Assembly: GCA_051294375.1 (NCBI GenBank)
Contig: CM119264.1
Coordinates: 24,391,403-24,455,402, forward strand
Length of the DNA: 64,000 nucleotides
Reading direction: 5' to 3'
From: Paraspadella gotoi
Lineage: Eukaryota; Animalia; Chaetognatha
Shown: positions 1 through 11,390 of the stretch, one piece after another
Layout of the letters: each line of letters begins with the position of its first letter
Position numbering within the stretch: position 1 is the stretch's first letter
The notes under the pieces: model-generated
Told to the model about the DNA's origin: nothing
The model's input: the letters and a program-made list of their open reading frames with translations, nothing else
The model's database searches: none
Made by a program: the position numbers and the translations under genes

Positions 1-674
1 TACTCTCAAAAAGAATAAACCTGATCTAAACTTTATTCTTCAATGTTTTAATTAAGTCTCAACAAATGTAAATAATACATTATGCTACTGAGAAATTAAA
101 CAGTCTAATCATTAAGACCACGTTAAGCCTTCCCTGCGCTCCGGATCCTTAAGTGATGAATCACCAGTCTCACGATCTTAGAACCTTCAACGTCACCTTG
201 CCAACGTGAGGTCTCCAAACTGATAGCGGAGAATTTTTTCGAAAAAAGCAAAGTCGCCAACGAATAACGAGAACAACAACAACGACAACAACAATCGGCC
301 ACTTACGCTGTTGTGCTAAAGAGAAATGCTTCTCCGACAAAAAGAAGACAACGAAGAAAAGAAAGAAAAAGGAGACGAAAATAACGACGAAATATCCTTG
401 TTGCCTCTAGTCAACGCCGGAGTCTGAGTTTCCTTTGTCGTCCTGCATCAACCTACAACGAAAACTCCGACTGTGACGTTACAGTTACCTTGTATTATTA
501 TATTGGATTTTAGAAATTTTGTAGTTTTGAATATTTTTAAGAATCATTCATAGTTTATTTATTAATTGTATATACCCGATGTATATATTTGTTTTTATAT
601 TTAATAACATACTTAAGAAACGAGTGTCAACAATATTATGAAATTATTTAACCATATATTTCAACAGGGGGGCG

Positions 675-1162
675 TGTACCACCTCCGATCAAATTAATTC
701 TATATAAAATAATTCATCCGCACCGGAGTTGAACCCGGGATCAAAGACTGGGATGCCTTGGACCGAGCGGACCTGGCCAACCAGTCAACTACCAAAATCA
801 ACTTCGAAAATCCTTACTTAAACTTTAATGGATTATCAAGACTTTTGTCTTCTCCCAAGGATCACACCAAATTCACACAAGATGTCACTATGAATTATTA
901 TTTTTGTTTAATGATTGCTTTCCTTATATTGATTGTAAACGATTCATTCAGTCTGGCTTTTACTCTCAAAAAGAATAAACCTGATCTAACTTTATTCTTC
1001 AATGTTTTAATTAAGTCTCACAAATGTAAATAATACATATGCTACTGAGAAATTAAACAGTCTAATCATTAAGACCAACGTTAAGCCTTCCCTGCGCTCC
1101 GGATCCTTAAGTGATGAATTCACCAAGTCTCACGATCTAGAACTCAACGTCACCTTGCCACC
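675..1162 (+). mobile_element. LTR copy in the left palindrome arm, preceded by a polypurine tract; a further partial LTR lies at 1-203
   Basis: CAACAGGGGGGCG|TGTACCACC...CACCTTGCCA; reverse complement of the LTR at 1917-2399. Confidence 0.9.
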
Positions 1163-1916
1163 ATTTTTTTTTGTATAATTTTATCTTTCTTGTCGAAAAT
1201 AAGGGTTTTTAATGTATATAAAATTATTTAAAACCATTATAAGTATATGATAAATCAATTATTAAAATTTTATAAAATTTATAGCTTTGATAATATAAAA
1301 ATAAAGACTTATAAATATTTTGGTAAGTTTATTTACAAATTTTATTTTATAAAAGTTTGTTAACTATATTTATTAATAATATAAGTAAAAAATTAGTAAA
1401 GTAAAAGATAAAATTTCAAAATTGTTTCATGATTTGCATTCTTTACAAAAAGTTGATATAAGAAAATATAATTTTTATACAAAATTTGTTCATTAAGTTG
1501 GTAAAAATATTCAGAAAAACTATATTTTTATTAATTTTCAAAATTTATAAAATATAGTTTTCTAAATTTTAACCTACTTAATGAAAAAATTTGTTATAAA
1601 AATGATATATTTTCTTATATCAACTTTTTGTAAAGAATTAAAATCATGGTAAAAATTTTGAAATTATTAATCTTTTCACTTTAGCTTTATTTTTTATCAT
1701 TATTTATTAATAATTAGCTAACAACTATTAATAAAATATAAAATTTGAAATAAACTTACCAAATATTTATAATGTCTTTATTTTATATTTCAAAAGCTCA
1801 TATAAATTTTATAAAATTTAATAATTTGATTTATTCATAAACTTATAATGTTTTAATAATTTTATATACATTAAAAACCCTTATTCGACAAGAAAGATAA
1901 AATTATACAAAAAAAA

Positions 1917-2399
1917 TGTGGCAAGGTGACGTTGAGGTTCTAGATCGTGAGACTTGGTGATTCATCACTTAAGGTCCGGACGCAGGGAAGGCTTAACGTT
2001 GGTCTTAATGATTAGACTGTTTAATTTTCAGTAGCATAATGTATTATTACATTTGTGAGACTTAATTAAAACATTGAAGAATAAAGTTTTTAGATCAGGT
2101 TATTCTTTTTGAAGTAAAAGCCAGACTGAATGAATCAGTTTACAATCAATATAAGGAAAGCAATCATTAAACAAATAATAATTCATAGTGACATCTTGTG
2201 TTGAATTTGGTGTGATCCTTGGGAGAGACAAAGTCTTGATAATCCATTAAAGGTTTAAGTAAGGATTCGAAGTTGAGTTTTGGTAGTTGACTGGTTGGCC
2301 CAGCGGTCGGTCAAGGCATCCAAGTCTTTGATCCCGGGTTCTAACTCGGAGCGGATGAATTATTTTTATATAGAAATTAATTTGATCGAGGTGGCTACA
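1917..2399 (-). repeat. Outer 3' LTR
   Basis: The + strand reads TGTGGCAAGG...GGTGGCTACA and matches 8521-9020. Confidence 0.92.
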
Positions 2400-2871
2400 C
2401 GCCCCCTGTTGAAATATATGGGTTAAATAATTTCAATAATATTGTTGACACTCGTTCTTAAGTTGTTATAAATATAAAAACAAATATATACCATCGGGTA
2501 TATACAATTATAAATAAAACCTATTGAATGATTCTTAAAATATTCAAAACTACAAATTTCTAAAATCCAATATAATAATACAAGGTAACTGTAACGTCAA
2601 AGTCGGAGTTTTCGTTGAGTTATGCAGGACGACAAAGGAAAAACTCAGACTCCGCTGTTGACTAGAAGCAACAAGGATATTCGTCGTTATTTTCGTCTCC
2701 TTTTTCTTTCTTTTCTTCGTTGTCTTCTTTTTGTCGGAGAAGCATTTCTCTTAGCACAACAGCGTAAGTTGGCCCCGAATTGTTGTTGTCGTTGTTGTTG
2801 TTCTCGTTATTCGTTTGCGACTTTGCTTTTTTCGAAAAATTCTCCGCTATCAGTTTGGAAGACCTCCACGT

Positions 2872-3354
2872 TGGCAAGGTGACGTTGAGGTTCTAAGATC
2901 GTGAGACTTGGTGATTCATCACTTAAGGATCCGGAGCGCAGGGAAGGCTTACGTTGGTCTAATGATTAGACTGTTTAATTTCTCAGTAGCATAATGTATT
3001 ATTTACATTTGTGAGACTTAATTAAAAACATTGAAGAATAAGTTTAGATCAGGTTATTCTTTTTGAGAGTAAAAGCCAGACTGAAATGAAATCAGTTACA
3101 ATCCAATAATAAAGAATATTAACAAAATAATAATTCATAGTGACATCTGTGTTGAATTTGGTGTGATCCTTGGAGAAGACCAAAAGTCTTGATAATCCAT
3201 TAAGGTTTAAGTAAGGATTTCGAAGTTGAGTTTTGGTAGTTGACTGGTTGGCCAGTCGCTCGGTCAAGCATCCCAAGTCTTTGATCCGGTTCAACTCCGG
3301 GAGCGGATGAATTATTTTTATATAGAAATTAATTTTGATTCGAGGGTGGCTACA
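2872..3354 (-). repeat. Inner 3' LTR, lacking its last ~2 nt and joined to a duplicated 3' UTR
   Basis: TGGCAAGGTGAC...GGTGGCTACA followed by CGCCCCCTG (PPT complement). Segment 2400-2871 repeats 3355-3818. Confidence 0.9.
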
Positions 3355-3614
3355 CGCCCCCTGTTGAAATATATGGGTTAAATAATTTCAATAAATGTGA
3401 CACTCGTTTCTTAGTATGTTATAAATATAAAAACAAATATATACCTCGGGTAATATACATTAAATAAATAAACTATGAATGATCTTAATATTCAAAAACT
3501 ACAAAATTTCTAAATCCAATATAATAATACAAAGGTAAACTGTAACGTTCAACAGTCGGAGCTTTTCGTGTAGGTTGATGCAGGACGACAAAGGAAACTC
3601 AGACTCCGCTGTTG

Positions 3615-6600
3615 ACTAGAGCAACAAGGATATTCGTCGTTATTTTCGTCTCCTTTTTCTTTCTTTTCTTCGTTGTCTTCTTTTTGTCGGAGAGCATTTC
3701 TCTAGCGCAACAGCGTAATTGGCCGGATTGTTGTTGTCGTTGTTGTTGTTCTCGTTATTCGTTTGGCGACTTTGCTTTTTCGAAAATTCTCGCTATCAGT
3801 TTTGGAGACCTCCACGTTGGCTCATTATTTCTTCTTCGTCGTTGATGATGTTATTTATTGAGGTTGGAGATGGTGGCGGAGAAGGTCGGGAGAAGGGGAA
3901 GATGGGAGGAAAAAAGCGTTGGGAAGGTGTGAGCGGTCGAGGTAGCAGGGGGTGTTGGGGTGAAGAGGGATGGGGGAAGAGAGGAGGAGAAGGAGGAGGA
4001 GGAGGAGGACGCAAAGCGGCGCGTCGAGTCAGGAATCTTGTTCTCTTGTTGTTGGGCGGCCGGCGTTCGCGTTCTCGGGCCTGGCGGGCGGCTGGCGTCG
4101 CCGTGGCGTGTCTCCGATTCGATGACGTCCTCCAAGTCCTCGCTGATCCATGCCGGCTCACCCGTGCAATATGAGGTTTTGTGGCCGGTGCTGGAATGTC
4201 GATTGTCATATTGAGGCCGTTGCGACTGATGACGCGGAAGGGCCCTTCATATGGCGGGATTAGTGGTGGATTAACGCCTGCCTTTCGTACGAAAACGTAT
4301 TGCGCGGATTCCAAATTGGCCGCGAAGATGGATTGTCGTTGTCGGTGGGCGACGTTGACGTCGTTGTAAACGAGCAACTTCAACTCTGAGACCTGGCTAA
4401 TTGACGTTGACGTTGACGCTGTAACTCCGCGTTGTCGTTTTGGGCGTCGCAAGCATGCCGCGGGGACGTTGATCCCTTCACCGAATACTAAATCGGCCGC
4501 TGAGGCGCCGATATCTTCCTCACGGTAGTACGAATTGCAAGTAATGCTAAAGGCAAAACTTCCAGTACCAATTTCGCGTTCGTCTCTGGCCAACGCAATG
4601 AGGGATTCTTCAGCCTTCGATGAAACCGTTCTACTAGGCCGTTGGCCTGTGGTGATATGCGGTTGTTGGCTGATGCTTTATTCCCCATTGCCTGGTAAAG
4701 CTGTCTCCATAGTGCGAATAAAATGGGTTCCCACGATCTGTGTAATTACTGCTGGAGTTCCGAAGGAGCTTATCCATTGTGGCTGAGGGCATCAAAATTG
4801 TTGTTGTAAGCGTATCCTTGATTTATCGCAGTTGGCCACCTGAGAAGCGTCTACTATTGAAGCAAATGTTTAAATTCCGTTTGAATTTGGCATTCTTACT
4901 AGATCCAGATTTATGTGTTGAAACCTTCGAGTTGGGATTTTAAAATCACAAACTCGGGCACTACATGTCGAGTTACTTAGCTCGCTGGCAATCAAACAGT
5001 CTCTTGACCCATTTGCTGATATCCTGCTTCATATTTGTCCAGACGAATTTTGACGTTATCGCTTTACGTGTTGGCTTCGACGCCTGGATGGCCGAGGCCG
5101 TGTATTACGTCGAAGATTTTACGGCGCCAGCTGCAGGAACAAACGGCGAGCGGGGCCGTTTGAAACATCTGCTAGAACTGTTCATTGCCGACTTGGATTT
5201 TTCTGAAAGTCAAACCGGTTCTTGCATCCTCGGAAATCTTCTGGAATCGGCGTCGAGGCGTTGCTCTCTCGCCATTTGTTCGAAGTCAACGTCGAGGTTG
5301 TGAGTGAGGCTATTACGGCCTCGGCGTCTTCGAGTCGATTTTGTTGATCGGCCTTCTCAATTTTCTCTTCGAGTTTCTCGTCGACGTTGACCGATTTGGG
5401 TCGCTTGGGGTTGTTTGAATCTCCGCTTCGTTTTCGTTGGTTGCTGTGGTGATGCGGTTGGCGGATATTCGATTGCCTGTTCGGAGTGTTGATGATGCAG
5501 CATTTGCGACGCGATAAGGCGTCCGGCTACTACATTGCCTTTCCTTTTAAGTATCTGATATCCGTGGTGAATTCTGCGATCACCGGACAGCTGGTAGCCG
5601 GCGAGCAGTTTGAGGCTCCGATTTTCTTTTTGATAGCCGGTATCAAGCTTGGTGGTCGGTGTAGATTGTGAAATTCCTTCCTTCAATCAATGCCGAAAAT
5701 GGCGAACTGCTCTGAAGGCGCCGAATAATTCTCGGTCGAAAGGCGGCCAGAGTCTTTGATTTTTTTGCCAGTTTTCGCCGAGAAGAAGGCAAGCGGTTCC
5801 CAACCGCTTTGCGTCCTCGTTGTTCGAGAACCGCTCTACCGCCGTGATCTGATGCATCGGTTGTGACGCAGACTGTGCGCCTGTTCGAGGTGATGCAAGA
5901 GTGCTGCTTGTACTAAGCCTTGTTTGATTGATTCAAACGCTTCCTCACACTCCGTGTCCATTTCAACGCCTTTGGTTTGCCGCTTAAGGGCTCGTAGAGC
6001 GGCGCGCATTGTGAGCAACCTTAGGAACAAATCGCGATAATAATTTATCATTCCAAGAAATCGCCTGCAGTTCTTTGACTGTAGTCCGTCTCGTGTTGCT
6101 TGAAGAGTTTGTACTCTCTCCGGAAGGGTCGAACTCCATTCTTGTCAACCAAAAATCCGAGGAACTCCCAGTGATTCCTGACCCAGCGACACTTCTTGGT
6201 GTTGACCACCAAACCGTTGGCATCTAAGAGTCTTGAAGACTCGTCCGAGGTCTTGTAAGTGTTCCTCCGGTGAAGATGAGGCGACCAGTATATCATCAAG
6301 ATATACGAAAGTGTGAGGATTTCTCCCAGAATCTCATCCATGAGACCTGGAAGTCCTGCCCTGGCATTTTTTAGGCCGAACGGGCAGCGGGGAAAGACGT
6401 ACAGTCCGAAGGGTGTTATCACCGCGGTTTCTTTACATCATCGGGATAACCGGTATTGGTGATACCTTTTAACAAGTCGATCTTTGAGAATATCGTCTTG
6501 CCTTCGAGTTCGCATTGAAGTCTGTTAGTAGCTTCACTGGATACCTTGTCGTCTATTGTCTGAGTGTTTAGGCGCCTGTAGTCGCCGCAGCATCGCAGCC

Positions 6601-7269
6601 CGCCGTCAGGCTTGCTCACGACGTGTAGCGGCGACGACCACTCAGATTTTCCTCGCTTGCGATTCCCAATGAGACCCATGTTCTCTAACTCTCTCTAGCT
6701 ACCGCCAGTTTCTCTGGGTCGAGTCTACGTGCCCTCGATTGGCAGGTCGACCTTCTGTGGGTATCGAATGAGTTACCCATGTTTTGGTTCTTCAGTTCAA
6801 ATGTTGGGTTGAGAGTGATGGAAACGACTCGAGGAGCTATAAAACTTTTCTCCATTCTGTCCACGAAATTGACATGCATAGTTGTTTCGGAGGATATCGA
6901 TGCTGCAATGGTTGAATAATCTTGTAGATCCATGAGAAGGCCGTCTCGATGGTTGGGAGCTAAAAAGTTCTCCGCGAGAAAGTCTGCGCCAAGTATATTC
7001 TGTGTAACGTCTGCTACAATGATTCATATTCGAATTGGCGTTCCCCAGGTTACGGTCTTCATTACTCTTCCATAAGCAGTTATCGGAGATCCGTTTGCCG
7101 CTTGCAATCTCATTTCCGGATCAGGGCCGCGCTTCTTTCTGCTCACGGGTCGGGAATGATCGAAAGAACGCCCCGCCATCCACCACCATTTTCTCCTATC
7201 GTTGGAGTCCCGGATGTAAAGCAAATCGCTGACGCGGTGAACGTGTTTGCTGTTGGGGAACGGCGTCAC
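3615..7269 (-). pseudogene. pol: pol polyprotein (protease, RT, RNase H, integrase), broken by many frameshifts that are probably in part read errors
   Basis: Protease: KW(L)VDGGA...LQAANGSPITAYG. RT: SEWSSPLHVVSKPDGGLRCCGDYRRLN, TPFGLYVFPRCPFGLKNA, FVYLDDILVAS (~6290). RNase H: TTDASD (~5855). Integrase: QANGLVERFHRRLK and PPYEGPFRV (GPY/F), followed by a Pro-rich tail. Confidence 0.93.
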
Positions 7270-8340
7270 CGCCGGCGTCCCCCTTTGGCGTTTTCCCTCA
7301 CGCCGTTTCTGAGTCTCTCGTATTTAGCACAGCCTGGTTCACAGACCAGGCGTCCTCTCGATCGTACGTGTTTTGCTGCAGATAGTCATTAGCTTTGGCT
7401 TCTTTTCTCTTTCGCTGGATTCGACTTCTTTTTCATTGTAGTTCCGCTTCTGGAATTTGCCGAGGGCGTTGATGGCGTCGTCTTCATCCCGATGTCGATT
7501 GTTGACGCTCTCCGCTGTTCTCTTCGATGTTGTTGACGAGGGAGCTTTGCTGGCGAATCTTGAGATTTCCTTCAATATCGAAGTGGTGATCTGGCCAGGC
7601 TGGCACAGATCTTTTGCTGATAAGTCCTCGGCCTTTATCCTCCAGTTGACGTCGGTATTCGGTTGGAAGGTCTCGAAGAATTTTTTCTTTTCGAACGTCA
7701 TCGAGATTAAGCGTTTTGTTTTTTCTTCAATTGTGCTAGCTTTTTTGATGGTTAACGCCGTTCGAAGTCGAAAGGATCGAGAAGGAAAGCAGCTTGTTGT
7801 CGGCGAGATAATCCATATTCTTTTCTCAAGTATTGAGGAACTGGTTCACGTTCTTCCGTTGCATCGCCGAAGAGAAACTGGTGATGGTCGATCAACCTTA
7901 ACGCCAATCTTTGATTCGAGATGGGCGAATTTGCTCTCTGGGACTGACGATTCCTGCCCGAGTATAGGCGGATTCGACCGCCTGATCCAGATCTCGATAT
8001 TGGAGTGTCGAAATCCGAAGGTCGGGTTTCTTGTGGTAAGCTCTCTCCAGGGCGCGCAGTCGCTGCGGCCAAAGCTGCGCGAAGCTCCTCGTTTTCCCGC
8101 GAAGCTCCCTTTCTGTGGCGCACAGTCGCCATGTCGGCGGTTTTCGAAATTGCTGGCGTCGATTCTTTGAAAGTCGAACGTTGGAGCGGCGTTAGCAAAT
8201 ACTGGCGACGTCGATCTTGATCGATGTCGGCCGAAGCCTAAAGGACTTGGAGGGTTGCTGCGTCTGCTCGAGCGTCCGGCTGGAGTCGCGTTGAGAGGAG
8301 CGAAGGCGTATATTGATGTTCTTGGCTTGTCATTCTGCTT
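7270..8340 (-). pseudogene. gag: gag, frameshifted, with a CHCC zinc knuckle; start boundary approximate
   Basis: After correcting small indels, 7320-7380 reads C-SK-H-VRFGEDAWS-C-EPG-C (C-x2-H-x9-C-x3-C), the CsRN1-clade Gag motif. It lies between the PBS and the protease. Confidence 0.75.
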
Positions 8341-8502
8341 TTCTCCTCGCGTCGTGGGCCCGGTTGGTGGACGTGGAGATTGGGGCAGTGAAGGAAAGGG
8401 TGTTAGCGGATATGGATGTTATCGCTTAATCCCTCATCCTCCATCCAATCTTACCTCAGAGTGGTTGGATGATCCGTTGCCCGTTTGGAAGTTGTGTTTG
8501 AT

Positions 8503-8520
8503 TCTGCGTTGGGCTGACCA
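8503..8520 (-). other. Primer-binding site, resembling a tRNA-Trp PBS
   Basis: The minus strand reads TGGTCAGCCCAACGCAGA immediately after the 5' LTR. This is an imperfect match to the TGGTGACCCCGACG tRNA-Trp PBS used by CsRN1-like elements. Confidence 0.6.
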
Positions 8521-9020
8521 TGTGGCAAGGTGAGTTAGGTTCTAAGATCGTGAGACTTGGTGATTCATCACTTAAGGATCCGGAGCGCAGGGAGCGCTTA
8601 CGTTGGTGCTTAATGATTAGACTGTTCTAATTTCTCATAGCATTAATGTATTATTTTACAAAATTTGTTGGAACTTATAAAACATGAAGAATAAAGTTTT
8701 AGATCAGGTTTATTCTTTTTTTGAGAGTAAAAGCCAGACTGAATGAATCAGTTTACAATCAATAATAAGGAAGGCAATCATAAACAAAATAATAATTCAT
8801 AGTGACATCTTGTGTTGAATTTGGTGTGATCCCTTGGGAGAAGACAAAAGTCTTGATAATCCATTAAAGGTTTAAGTAAGGATTCGAGTTGAGTATTTGG
8901 TAGTTGACTGGTTTGGCCCAGGTCGCTCGTCAAGGCATCCCAAGTCTTTGATTCCCGGGTTCAACTCCGGGAGCGGCATGAATTATTTTATATAGAAATT
9001 AATTTGATCGAGGTGCTACA
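8521..9020 (-). repeat. 5' LTR
   Basis: TGTGGCAAGG...GAGGTGCTACA, with short terminal inverted repeats (TGTRGC). Confidence 0.92.
8906..8990 (+). ncRNA. tRNA-derived Pol III-type cassette inside the LTR, antisense to the element (also ~2288-2368, ~3242-3319, and ~705-790 on the minus strand)
   Basis: A-box/D-arm-like TGGCCCAG..(G)GTCAAGGCA, B-box/T-arm CCCGGGTTCAACTCCGGG, then a T4-5 run ~15 nt downstream. The anticodon arm is truncated. Confidence 0.5.
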
Positions 9021-9765
9021 TCTTTTAACTTTAGCCTAATTTTTTACCTCATTAATTATTAATAAATTTAGTTAACTAACTTTTTATAAAACATAAAATT
9101 TAGAAATAAACTTACAAAATTTTTATAATTTTATTTTTATATTTCAAAGCTCATATAAATTTTATAAAATTTTAATAATTTGATTTATCATATAACTTAT
9201 AATGGTTTTTAATAATTTTATATACATTAAAAACCCTTATTTTCGACAAGAAAGATAAAATATACAAAAAAAAATGGTCATCACCATCGAATTCTACAGA
9301 TACATTACACTAAAAATAGCTATGTACCTCACTTGATTTGTTATATTTGTTATTTTTCAATGGATTATATTTTCTTATATCAACTTTTTGTAAGGAATTA
9401 AAATCTGGTTTTAAAATTTTAAATTTTTTATTTTTTCACTTTAACTTATTTTTTTTATTATTTATTAATAAATATAGCTAACAAACTATTAATAAAATAT
9501 AAAATTTGTAAATAAACTTACCAAAATATTTATCTGGGTCTTTATTTTCATATTATGTAAGTTAAATATGGCTTTTATAAAATCTTAATAATTTGAGTTT
9601 CTTATACTCTACAATGTTTGCTCCATTTTAATAGCACCTTATATGCTGCAAAAATCGCCATTTCCGACAAAGAAGATGAGACTATACAAAAAAATGGTTA
9701 TCATCATCGAATACACTAAAATAGCTATGTACCTCACTTGATTTGTTATATTTCGTTATTTTTCA
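9021..9765. repeat. AT-rich tandem repeat, unit ~400 bp (~2 copies); the same family occurs at 1163-1916
   Basis: AAATAGCTATGTACCTCACTTGATTTG occurs at ~9314 and ~9718. Segment 9021-9277 resembles 1671-1916. Confidence 0.85.
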
Positions 9766-11289
9766 ACGCCCTAGTGATAATTTGACGAGAAAATATTCAC
9801 CCTTGAAAGACAAGGCAAATAAAAACAAAGGGAAAGAGTGAAGATGGACTTGATTGAAGTAAAAAAACGAAGGAAAAGAATGAAAAAAATAAATTGAGAG
9901 ATGCAAGAGAGCAGAGAGCTGAGATCGAAGAGAAGCAGAGAACGAGAGCAGAGAGAAGAAAAGAGGTTTACCGTCAAACAAGTTTGATCCAGTTCCAAAG
10001 AAAAACAAATTTAAAAATGAATGAAAAAAGTGGAAAGAAAAGTGGAAAGTTTAAGGAGGCTTTGAAAAAATAGAGTGCCAAGTGGAAAACGAGTGAGTTT
10101 GAGTGTGAGACGCGGATGAGAGAGAGAAGAGACAGAGAGAGATGATGAGAGCAGAGGACGAGGCTGAGATGAAGAGAGATGAGCGGAGCAGAGAGAAGAG
10201 CACGATACTGCATGAGAGATGAGTAACGTTGAAGCGTGTTTAATTTTAAAATAAAAAATAATCATTGCTTTATAACTAAATAGAAATCGGTGATTAAAGA
10301 AGACGTTTAGCTGTAAATTATACTAATTTTCACTTAGTATATTAGTAAACGATTAATACATCACAGTACCAGTGCGCCCCATTTCAACCGTTCTGAACCA
10401 GCCATCCCAACTGTCTCCTAATTTAATCCCAACTATCCTGAAAACTCCGGTCGTACTATCTTTCTCCCGCCAACATAAATCGGGCGAAGACGAAAGTGGG
10501 AAGAGAGCCAAAGACCCGGATTAGGAAAGAAGAGAAGGGGAGAAGGAGAAAGGAGAAGAGGGGAAGAGGGGCGGGGGGGGAGGGAGAGCGAGAGGTTCGG
10601 AGACCTCGTTCTCGGTCATTCGATATTAATCAAATAGATACGAGATCGGCCGAGCGCATGAAGAGCAGAGGGCGGGCAGGTCGACCAATGGAGCGGCTTG
10701 TCGGTCGATTATGGACGAAAGAACGTCGGTATGTTTAGTTGTAAGGAGGTAAGTCCATAAGTAAGTAAGTCGTTTGATACCGAAGAGACGCACTATTCTT
10801 CGATCAGAAATTTGTTTGCCGAAAATCTTGTCAGCTTTGTTTTCTTTGACGAGAGAGAGAAAACTGGTTCAGACGCAGCGGCCGTTGCAGCCGCTGCGTT
10901 CTAAGCCGCCGCGTCCTGCCGCCGCTAAATCTCGGTTCATTAGTGAAAAATCTATTTGACCGAAAAACGAATTTGGTGACCGAGACGCAAGTATGACGAC
11001 AACAAAGAAATAAAAAAAAACAACTGACAAATGACATAGATAAGTTATCCGTGATTATGCACTACATTTTTAAAATTTAAAAAAATCTGAATTAAATTTA
11101 AGTTAAAAAAACATAAACATAAAAGGGGACATCAAAAAAGCATTACGAAACAGAAATCATGTTATTCAGAAAAAAATCTACGACATTTAGTCACAAAAAA
11201 CCACAAATCTTTCGGCAGGAGAATCGAATAATGTAATTGAAAATGAAAACCGGTTGGACAATCGTGGCGGAGTAAAAATTCGAATATAG

Positions 11290-11390
11290 TCAGCCAATCA
11301 AACGGGACATAACAAAAGAACAACCAATCAGAAGCACGAGTCTCGGCACTGTTTGATTTTTCTCTGACTGCATCGAAATCACCAGGCAAC
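11290..11390 (+). promoter_or_regulatory. Candidate Pol II promoter with two CCAAT boxes and an X-box-like site
   Basis: AGCCAATCA (~11292), AACCAATCAG (~11322) and ATCACCAGGCAAC (11378-11390). Confidence 0.4.

Larger units (their letters stand above)
1..3071. repeat. Near-perfect inverted repeat (palindrome) centred at ~1539, arms >=1.5 kb, running off the window edge
   Basis: Positions 1-1538 are the reverse complement of 1540-3071. The LTR at 675-1162 mirrors the LTR at 1917-2399, and the junction at 203 mirrors 2872. The centre reads AATTTT-C-AAAATT. The arms differ mainly by scattered indels. Confidence 0.95.
1917..9020 (-). mobile_element. Ty3/Gypsy LTR retrotransposon, CsRN1/Kabuki-like, full length, with a duplicated 3' LTR + 3' UTR unit
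   Basis: LTRs of ~480-500 bp with TG...CA ends lie at 8521-9020 (5'), 2872-3354 and 1917-2399 (3'). The domain order on the minus strand is gag-PR-RT-RH-IN. The PBS begins TGG directly after the 5' LTR, and the PPT CAGGGGGCG precedes each 3' LTR. Confidence 0.95.

Noticed and set aside
8906-8990. The LTR cassette as a genuine tRNA gene
   Set aside because: It has no proper anticodon arm and weak acceptor pairing. It is reported only as a tRNA-derived promoter-like cassette.
10873-10899. 10-bp GC-rich hairpin ACGCAGCGGC-CGTTGCA-GCCGCTGCGT
   Set aside because: An isolated short stem with no RNA-family context. A bacterial terminator reading does not apply here.
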